Positions 13,650-24,668 of a stretch of DNA of 64,000 nt are shown in pieces. The notes below the pieces were generated by a model, which ran no database searches, was not told the DNA's origin, and saw only the letters and a list, made by a program, of their open reading frames with translations. The stretch comes from the human T2T-CHM13v2.0 reference genome, Homo sapiens: assembly GCF_009914755.1 (NCBI RefSeq), contig NC_060948.1; one strand, 5' to 3'. Every line of letters starts with the position of its first letter. Within the stretch, counting starts at the first letter, position 1. Both the position numbers and the translations under genes were made by a program.

Positions 13650-16600
13650 GATCAGAACGGACTGGAGAGGAATGTACACAAATGGAATGGAAACGAAAGG
13701 AATGGAATGAAATGGAATGGAATGCAATGGAATTGAAAGGAACGGAATCAAATGGAATGGAATGGTATGGAATGGATTGGAATAGAATGGATTCAAATAA
13801 AATAGAATCGATTGCAATGGTATTGAATGGAAGGGACTTGAATGGAATGGAAAGCAATGGAAGATATTGGAATCGAATGGCATCGAATGAAATGGAATGG
13901 AACGGAATGGAACGAACCCGAATGGAATGGAATGGACTCAAATGTAATGGACTCGAATGGAATCGAATGAAATATAATAGACTCGATAGGAATGGCCTCG
14001 AGCGGAATTTATTTGAATAGAATGGAATGAAATGGAATACAATAGTATGGAATGGAATCGAATGGAATGGAATCGAATGGAATGTAATCAAATGGAATGG
14101 AACGGAATTCAATATAATGGAGTAGAATGGAATGCATTGGAAAGGAGCAGAGTGGAATCGAGTGGATTGGAATCGAGTGGAATGGAATCAAAGGGAACGA
14201 AATCGAATTGAACGGACTTGAATGGAATTGAGTTGAAAGGAATTGACTCGAAAGGAATGGACTGGAACAAAAAGGAATCAAATGGACAGGAATGGAATGG
14301 AATGGACTCGAATGGAGTGGAGTCAAATGCAAACGCATCGAATGGAATGGATTCAAATGGAATGCAATTCAATGGAATAGAAAGGAAGAGAATGGAATTG
14401 AGAGTAATGGAAAGATATCGATTGGAATGAAATGGAATGGAAAGGAATTGCATAGAAAGGAATGGACTGGAAAGAAATGGATTGGAATGGAATGCTCTCC
14501 AATGGAATGGACTGGATTGGAATGGAATCGAATGGAATGTAAAGAATGGAACGGAATGGAACGGAAAGGAATAGAATGTTATGGAATCCGATTGGACAGA
14601 ATGGAATGGAATGGAGTTTCATGAAATGGAGTCGAACAGAGTGGCATCAAAAGGAATGGAATGGAATGGAGTGGACTCAAAAGGAATGGACTCGAAAGGA
14701 ATGGAGTCGAACAGAATGGAATGGAATGGAATGAACTCGACTGGAGTAGAGAGGAATGTAAAGGAATAGAATGGAATGTAATCAAATGGATTGCAAGTGA
14801 ATGGAATCAAAAATAATAGAAAGGAATGGAGTGTAAAGAGATGATATTGAATAAAAGGGAATGGAATAGAATTTAATGGAATGGAGTCTCAGGAATGGAC
14901 AGGAATGTAATGGACTCCAATGGAATGGAATGGATCAAAATGGATTTGAACAGATTGGAATCGAACGCAATGGAATGCAATGGAATGGAATGGACTCGAA
15001 TGGAGAAGAGACAAATGGAATGGAAACGAATTCAATGGAATTGAAAAGAATAGAATGGAATGGCCTGTAATGGTAAGATACTAAATGGAATGGAATTGAA
15101 TGGAATGTAGTTTAATGGACCCAAATGTAATGCACTCGAATGGAATATACTGAAATAGAATGGAATCGAAAGGAAAGGTCTCAAATGGAATTTCTTCAAT
15201 ATAATGGAATCGAATGGAATGCAATAGAATGGAAAGGAATCGAATGTAATGGAATCAAATAGAATGGACCAGAATGGAATGGACTGCGATAGAACGTACT
15301 GCAGTGTAAAGGATTGAATTCTAATTCATTCAAATGGAATGGAATTGAATGGAATGGAATCCAATGGAATGGATAGGATTGTACTGGAATGGAATAGCAT
15401 GGAATGCAACGGAGTGGAATGGAGTTGAATGAAGTGGAATGGAATCGATTGGAATGGAATCAAATGGAATGGACGGGAATGGAATGGACTGGAAGAGAAC
15501 AGACTCGAATATAATGGATTGCAATGTAATTGATTGAAATGGAATGGAATCAAATGGAATGTAATAAAATTGAAGGGATTGGAGTTCAATGCAATGAAAT
15601 AGAATGGAATGCAAAGGAAAGGAAAGGCACGGAGTGAAATCGAGTGTAATGGAATCGAATGGAATGAAATCGAATGGAATGGACTCAAAAGAAATGGACG
15701 AGGGACAAAACGGAATCGAACTGTTTGGAATCGAATGGAACGGAATGGAATGGAATGGTCTCCATTGGATGGGAGTAGAACGGATTGGAATGAAATGGAA
15801 TGGAAAGGAATAGAATGGAATGGAAAGGAATGGAAGGTAATGGAAAGATATCGAACGGATTGGAAAGGAATGGAATGGACGCTAATGGAATGGAGTGAAA
15901 TTCAACAGAAACGAATGGAATGGACAGGAGTGAAATGGAGTCGAATGTAATTGACTGGAGAGGAATGGGCTCGAAAGGAATGGACTCAAATAGAATGGAC
16001 TGGAATGGATTGTACTCGAATGGAGTGGAAAGGAATAAAATGGATTCCACCAGATTGGAATGGAACAGAATGTAATGGAATGGAATGGAATGCAATGGAA
16101 TGGCTCGAATGGAATGGAGTCGAATGCAATGGAAGAGAAAGGAAAGGAATTGGATGGAATTGAAAGTAATAGAATGAAATGGAGTGCAAAGGAAAGATAT
16201 CGAATGGAATGGATCGAAAAGAAATAGAATGGAATTGACAGGAATGGAATGGAATAGAATGGAATAGACTGGCGTGAAATGAAAACGAATGGAATGGAAA
16301 CGAATGGAATGGAATGGAAAGGAATGGAGTAGAATAAATACTATGGAATGGAATGGAATGGAATGGAATGGAGGCGAAAGGAAAAGAATGGATTGGAATG
16401 TCACCGAATGGAAAGATATGGAATGGAAAGGAATGGATACGAATGGAATGGAATAGAAAGGAACGGAAAGGTAAAGAATGGAATGGAATCGGATAGAATG
16501 GAATGCAATGTAATGGAGTCGAATGGAAAATAATCGAGTAGAATGATATCGAATGGAATGGAATGGAATGGACTCGAATGGAATGTACTCAAATGGATTA

Positions 16601-19160
16601 GAATAGAATGGAATGGAACTAAACGTAATGAACTCGAATGGAATGGACACAAATAGAATGGAAGAGAAAGGAATGGTATTGAATGGAATTTATTCGAATA
16701 GAATGGAATTCAATGGAATGCAACAGTGTGGCATGGAATCAAATGGAATGGAATCGAATGGAATGGACCCGAGTGGAATGGACTCACATAGAACAGCCTC
16801 GAATGTAATGGATGACAATGTATTAGATTCGAAAGGACTGAAATCGAATGGAATGTAATCAAATAGAACGGAATTGAATGCATGGAATGGCATAGAAAGT
16901 AATGCAATGGAATGGAATAGACTGGAATGGAATGGAATCGGATGGAATGTAATGAAATGTAATGGAAGGAATGCCATGGAATGGAATGGAATGGAATGCA
17001 ATGGCCCGGTGTATAATGGAGTGCAATGGATTTCAGTGGAATGTAGTCAAAAGGAATGAAATAGAATGGAATTCAATATAATGGAATGGCATCCAATGGC
17101 AAGGAATGGAGCGGACTCCAATGGAAACGACATGAAAGGAATATAATATAATGGAATGGCATTGAACGAAATGGAATGCAATGGGGTTAAAAGGTAAAAT
17201 ATCGAATGGAAAAGAATTGAATGGACTCGAATGGAATATAATGGAATGGAATGGTCTCGAATGGAATGTACTAGAGTTGAATGGAATCGAATGGAATGGA
17301 AAACAATGGAAAGGAAAGGAAGGGAATTGAAAGGAAAGGAATAGAATGGAATGGAATCGGATGGAACAGAATTGAATGGAATGGAAACTAAAGGAATAGA
17401 ATAGAAAGCAATGGCATTGAATGGAATGGAAATGAATGGAATCAGATGGAACAGAAAGGAATGGAATGGCATCGAATGGATTGGAATGGAATGTAATGGA
17501 ATGGAATGGAAAGGAATGGAATGGACTCAAATGGAATGTACTCAAATGGAATAGAATAGAATGGAATAGAAGTAAATATAATGGACTCGAGAGGAATGGA
17601 TTGGAATAAATTGGAATTGAATGTATTGGATTCGAATGGAAAGGAATGGAATGGAATGGAATGGAATGGATTCGAATGGAATGGAACGAATTGGAATGTA
17701 ATTGAATGGAGTCGAAAACAGTAGAAAGAAAAGAAGTTTAATCGAATGATATCGAATGGAATTGAATGGAATGTACGCGAATGGAATGGACTGGAATGGA
17801 ATGGAATGACATACAATGGAATCGAAAGGATTGGAATCGAATGAAATGGAATTGAATGGAATACAAAAGAATAGAAAGGAATGGAGTTTAATGGAAAGAT
17901 ATTAAAGGTAATGGAATGGAATTGAGTGGACACAAATGGAAAGGACTGGAATGGAAAGGACTCGAATGAAATGGACCGCATTAGAATGGACTCGAATGGA
18001 ACGGATTGGTGTGGAATGATCTCGAATGGATTGGAAACGAATGGAATGGAAAAGAATAGAATGGAATGTAATCAAATGGAACGAAATGTAATGGAATGGA
18101 TTCGACTGGAACAGAATTGAATGGAGTGGAGTGGAATGGAATGGAATGCAATCGAATGGAATGGACACGAATGGAATAGAATGAAATGAAATGGCATAGA
18201 ATGGAATGGAATCAATCGAATGGAATGGAATGGAATGGAATGGAATGGAATGGAATGGAATGGATGGAATGGAATGGCATGGAATGGAATGGAATGGCAT
18301 GGAATGAAATTTATTGGAATGGGATGGGCCCAAAAGTAATGGACTCAAATAAAAGGGACTCAAATAGAATGAATTGTAAAGAAACGGTCTCGAATGTAAT
18401 TTCTTTGAATAGAATGATATTGAACGGAATGCAATAGTATGGAATGGTATCGAATAGAATGGAATGGAATGGAACGGAATGGAGTGCATTTGAACGGACT
18501 CAAATGCAATAAATTGCAATATAATTGATTCAAATGGAATGAAATCGAATAGAATGTAAACAAATGGAATGGAAGGCAATGCAATGGAAAGGAATCGAAT
18601 GAAATGGAATAAATGGGATGGAATCGAATGGAAAGGACGCGAATATAATGGACTGTTAAGGAAAGGTCTCGAATCGAATTTATTCCAATAGAATGGAATC
18701 GAATGGAATGCAATACTATTGAATCGAATCGAATGGAATGGAATTGAATGGAATGGACAGGAATGGAATGAACTGGAAGTGAATGGACAAGAACGTAATA
18801 TACTGCAATGTAATTTATTCAAATGGAATGGAAAGCAATCGAATGGAATGGACGCGATTGCAATGGACTGGAGTGGAATGGACTGAAATGGAATGGAAAC
18901 GAATGTAATGGAATGGAACGGAAAGCAAAGGAATCTACCGGAATGGAATCGAACGGAACAGAAAGGAATGGAATAGAATGGAGTGGAATGGACTCGAATG
19001 GAATGTATTCGAATGTAATGGACCTGAAAGGAATGTAATCCAATGGAATGGAATGGAATGGAATCAAAAGGAATAGAAAGGAATAGAGTGTAATTGAATG
19101 ATATCGAATGGAAGGGAATGGAATGAACTCGAATGGAATGCACTGGAATGGAATGGACTC
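13650..19160 (+). repeat. 5.5-kb HOR unit U1 (5511 bp), boundary unit; first ~600 bp are of 1.37-kb type
   Basis: Lies between GATCAG landmarks. Carries the 1.37-kb-type variant GAACGGACTTG at ~14210 and the 5.5-kb-type GAATGGAGTGGAGTC at ~14310. Confidence 0.88.
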
Positions 19161-22100
19161 GATCAGAACGGACTGGAGAGGAATGTACACAAATGGAATG
19201 GAAACGAATGGAATGGAATGCAATGGAATTGAAAGGAACGGAATCAAATGGAATGGAATGGAATGGAATGGATTGGAATAGAATGGATTCAAATAAAATA
19301 GAATCGATTGGAATGGTATTGAATGGAAGGGACTTGAATGGAATGGAAAGCAATGGAAGATATTGGAATCGAATGGCATCGAATGAAATGGAATGGAACG
19401 GAATGGAACGGACCCGAATGGAATGGAATGGACTCAAATGGAATGGACTCGAATGGAATCGACTGAAATATAATAGACTCGAATGGAATGGCCTCGAGCG
19501 GAATTTATTTGAATAGAATGGAATCAAATGGAAAACAATAGTATGGAATGGAATGGAATCGAATGGAATGTAATCAAATGGAATGGAACGGAATTCAATA
19601 TAATGGAGTAGAATGGAATGCATTGGAAAGGAGCAGAGTGGAATCGAGTGGATTGGAATCGAGTGGAATGGAATCAAAGGGAACGAAATCGAATTGAATG
19701 GACTTGAATGGAATTGAGTGGAAAGGAATTGACTCGAAAGGAATGGACTGGAACAAAAAGGAATCAAATGGACAGGAATGGAATGGAATGGACTCGAATG
19801 GAGTGGAGTCAAATACAAACGCATCGAATGGAATGGATTCAAATGGAATGCAATTCAATGGAATAGAAAGGAAGAGAATGGAATTGAGAGTAATGGAAAG
19901 ATATCGATTGGAATGAAATGGAATGGAAAGGAATTGCATGGAAAGGAATGGACTCGAAAGAAATAGATTGGAATGGAATGGTCTCCAATGGAATGGACTG
20001 GAGTGGAATGGAATCGAATGGAATGAAAAGAATGGAACGGAATGGAACGGAAAGGAATAGAATGTTATGGAATCCGATTGGACAGAATGGAATGGAATGG
20101 AGTTTCATGAAATGGAGTCGAATACAGTGGCATCAAAAGAAATGGAATGGAATGGAGTGGACTCAAAAGGAATGGACTCGAAAGGAATGGAGTCGAACAG
20201 AATGGAATGGAATGGAATGAACTCGACTGGAGTAGAGAGGAATGTAAAGGAATAGAATGGAATGTAATCAAATGGATTGCAAGTGAATGGAATCAAAAAT
20301 AATAGAAAGGAATGGAGTGTAAAGGGATGATATTGAATAAAATGGAATGGAATGGAATTTAATGGAATGGAGTCTCAGGAATGGACAGGAATGTAATGGA
20401 CTCCAATGGAATGGAATGGATCAAGATGGATTTGAACAGATTGGAATCGAACGGAATGGAATGCAATGGAATGGAATGGACTCGAATGGAGAAGAGACAA
20501 ATGGAATGGAAACGAATTCAATGGAATTGAAAAGAATAGAATGGAATGGCCTGTAATGGTAAGATACTAAATGGAATGGAATTGAATGGAATGTAGTGGA
20601 ATGGACGCAAATGTAATGCACTCGAATGGAATATACTCAAATAGAATGGAATCGAAAGGAAAGGTCTCAAATGGAATTTATTCAATACAATGGAATCGAA
20701 TGGAATGCAATAGAATGGAAAGGAATCGAATGTAATGGAATCAAATAGAATGGACCAGAATGGAATGGACTGCCATAGAACGGACTGCAGTGTAAAGGAT
20801 TGAATTCAAATTCATTCAAATGGAATGGAATTGAATGGAATGGAATCCAATGGAATGGATAGGATTGTACTGGAATGGAATAGCATGGAATGCAACGGAG
20901 TGGAATGGAGTTGAATGAAGTAGAATGGAATCGATTGGAATGGAATCAAATGGAATGGACGGGAATGGAATGGACTGGAAGAGAACAGACTCGAATATAA
21001 TGGATTGTAATGTAATTGATTCAGATGGAATGGAATCGAATGGAATGTAATAAAATTGAAGGGATTGGAGTCCAATGCAATGAAATAGAATGGAATGCAA
21101 AGGAAAGGAAAGGCACGGAGTGAAATCGAGTGTAATGGAATCGAATGGAATGAAATCGAATGGAATGGACTCAAAAGAAATGGACGAGGGACAAAACGGA
21201 ATCGAACTGATTGGAATCGAATGGAACGGAATGGAATGGAATGGTCTCCATTGGATGGGAGTAGAACGGATTGGAATGAAATGGAATGGAAAGGAATAGA
21301 ATGGAATGGAAAGGAATGGAAGATAATGGAAAGATATCGAACGGATTGGAAAGGAATGGAATGGACGCTAATGGAATGGAGTGGAATTCAACAGAAACGA
21401 ATGGAATGGACTGGAGTGAAATGGAGTCGAATGTAATTGACTGGAGAGGAATGGGCTCGAAAGGAATGGACTCGAATAGAATGGACTGGAATGGATTGTA
21501 CTCTAATGGAGTGGAAAGGAATAAAATGGATTCCACCAGATTGGAATGGAACAGAATGTAATGGAATGGAATGGAATGGAATGGAATGGCACGAATGGAA
21601 TGGAGTCGAATGCAATGGAAGAGAAAGGAAAGGAATTGGATGGAATTGAAAGTAATAGAATTAAATAGAGCGCAAAGGAAAGATATCGAATGGAATGGAT
21701 CGAAAAGAAATAGAATGGAATGGACAGGAATGGAATGGAATAGAATGGAATAGACTGGCGTGAAATGAAAACGAATGGAATGGAAACGAATGGAATGGAA
21801 TGGAAAGGAATGGAGTAGAATAAATACTATGGAATGGAATGGAATGGAATGGAGGCGAAAGGAAAAGAATGGATTGGAATGTCACCGTATGGAAAGATAT
21901 GGACTGGAAAGGAATGGATACGAATGGAATGGAATAGAAAGGAACGGAAAGGTAAAGAATGGAATGGAATCGGATAGAATGGAATGCAATGTAATGGAGT
22001 CGAATGGAAAATAATCGAGTAGAATGATATCGAATGGAATGGAATGGAATGGAATGGACTCGAATGGAATGTACTCAGATGGATTAGAATAGAATGGAAT

Positions 22101-24668
22101 GGAACTAAACGTAATGAACTCGAATGGAATGGACACAAATAGAATGGAAGAGAAAGGAATGGTATTGAATGGAATTTATTCGAATAGAATGGAATTCAAT
22201 GGAATGCAACAGTGTGGCATGGAATCAAATGGAATGGAATCGAATGGAAAGGACCCGAGTGGAATGGACTCACATAGAACAGCCTCGAATGTAATGGATG
22301 ACAATGTATTAGATTCGAAAGGACTGAAATCGAATGGAATGTAATCAAATAGAACGGAATTGAATGCATGGAATGGCATAGAAAGTAATGCAATGGAATG
22401 GAATAGACGGCAATGGAATGGAATCGGATGGAGTGTAATGAAATGTAATGGAAGGAATGCCATGGAATGGAATGGAATGGAATGCAATGGGACGGTGTAT
22501 AATGGAGTGCCATGGATTTCAGTGGAATGCAGTCAAAAGGAATGAAATAGAATGGAATTCAATATAATGGAATGGCATCCAATGGCAAGGAATGGAGCAG
22601 ACTCCAGTGGAAACGACAAGAAAGGAATATAATATAATGGAATGGCATTGAACGAAATGGAATGCAATGGAGTTAAAAGGTAAAATATCGAAAGGAAAAG
22701 AATTGAATGGACTCGAATGGAATATAATGGAATGGAATGGATTCGAATGGAATGTACTAGAGTTGTATGGAATCGAATGGAATGGAAAACAATGGAAAGG
22801 AAAGGAAGGGAATTGAAAGGAAAGGAATAGAATAGAATGGAATCGGATGGAACAGAATTAAATGGAATGGAAATTAAAGGAATAGAATAGAAAGGAATGG
22901 CATTGAATGGAATGGAAATGAATGGAATCAGATGGAACAGAAAGGAATGGAATAGAATCGAATGGAATGGCAACGAATGGATTGGAATGGAATGTAATGG
23001 AATGGAATGGAAAGGAATGGAATGGACTCAAATGGAATGTACTCAAATGGAATAGAATAGAATGGAATGGAAGTAAATATAATGGACTCGAGTGGAATGG
23101 ATTGGAATAAATTGGAATTGAATGTATTGGATTCGAATGGAAAGGAATGGAATGGAATGGAATGGAATGGAATGGATTCGAGTGGAATGGAACGAATTGG
23201 AATGTAATTGAATGGAGTCGAAAACAGTAGAAAGAAATAAAGTATAATCGAATGATATCGAATGGAATTGAATGGAATGTACGCAAATGGAATTGACTGG
23301 AATGGAATGGAATGACATGTAATGGAATCGAAAGGAATGGAATCGAATGAAATGGAATTGAATGGAATAGAAAGGAATAGAATGGAATGGAGTTTAATGG
23401 AAAGATATTAAAAGTAATGGAATGGAATTGAGTGGACACAAATGGAATGGACTGGAATGGAAAGGACTCGAATGAAATGGAGCGCATTAGAATGGACTCG
23501 AATGGAACGGATTGGTGTGGAATTGTCTCGAATGGATTGGAAACGAATGGAATGGAAAAGAATAGAATGGAATGTAATCAAATGGAACGAAATGGAATGG
23601 AATGGATTCGACTGAAACAGAATTAACTGGAGTGGAATTGAATGGAATGGAATGCAATCGAATGGAATGGACACGAATGGAATAGAATGAAATGAAATGG
23701 CATAGAATGGAATGGAATGGAATGGAATGGAATGGAATGGAATGGAATGGAATGGAATGGAATGCATTGGAATGGAATGGAATGGCATGGCATGGAATGG
23801 AATGGCATGGAATGAAATGGATTGGAATGGAATGGGTCCAAAAGTAATGGACTCAAATAAAAGGGACTGAAATAGAATGAATTGTAAAGAAACGGTCTCG
23901 AATGTAATTTATTCGAATAGAATGATATTGAATGGAATGCGATAGTGTAGAATGGTATCGAATAGAATGGAATGGAATGGAACGGAATGGAGTGCATTTG
24001 AACGGACTCAAATGCAATAAATTGCAATATAATTGATTCAAATGGAATGAAATCGAATAGAATGTAAACAAATGGAATGGAAGGCAATGCAATGGAAAGG
24101 AATCGAATGAAATGGAATAAATGGGATGGAATCGAATGGAAAGGACGCGAATATAATGGACTGTTAAGGAAAGGTCTCGAATCGAATTTATTCCAATAGA
24201 ATGGAATCGAATGGAATGCAATACTATTGAATCGAATCGAATGGAATGGAATTGAATGGAATGGACAGGAATGGAATGAACTGGAAGTGAATGGACAAGA
24301 ACGTAATATATTGCAATGTAATTTATTCAAATGGAATGGAAAGCAATCGAATGGAATGGACGCGATTGCAATGGACTGGAGTGGAATGGACTGAAATGGA
24401 ATGGAAACGAATGCAATGGAATGGAAAGGAAAGCAAAGGAATCTACCCGAATGGAATCGAACGGAACAGAAAGGAATGGAATAGAATGGAGTGGAATGGA
24501 CTCGAATGGAATGTATTTGAATGTAATGGACCTGAAAGGAATGTAATCCAATGGAATGGAATTGAATGGAATCAAAAGGAATAGAAAGGAATAGAGTGTA
24601 ATTGAATGATATCGAATGGAAGGGAATGGAATGAAGTCGAATGGAATGCACTGGAATGGAATGGACTC
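19161..24668 (+). repeat. 5.5-kb HOR unit U2 (5508 bp)
   Basis: Landmark spacing. Shares private variants with U3 (GAAATAAAGTATAATCG, GGAGCGCATTAG, GGGTCCAAAAG). Confidence 0.9.
23705..23764 (+). repeat. Perfect (GAATG)12 microsatellite tract
   Basis: 60 bp of uninterrupted pentamer after GAAATGGCATA. Homologous tracts in other units differ in length. Confidence 0.9.

Noticed and set aside
13650-19160. Idea that the 5.5-kb unit is a diverged tetramer of the 1.37-kb unit (4 x 1.37 = 5.5)
   Set aside because: Internal homologous motifs are irregularly spaced (about 1180, 1500, 1710, 280, 830 bp), not every 1.37 kb. The 1.37-kb landmarks occur once per long unit.
17902-19842. 646-aa minus-strand ORF, and similar ones at 23623-25350 (575 aa), 34969-36657 (562 aa) and 28925-30148 (407 aa)
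   Set aside because: (CATTC)n translates to stop-free FHSIP repeats. ORF ends and frames are not conserved between homologous units, and there is no domain-like sequence.
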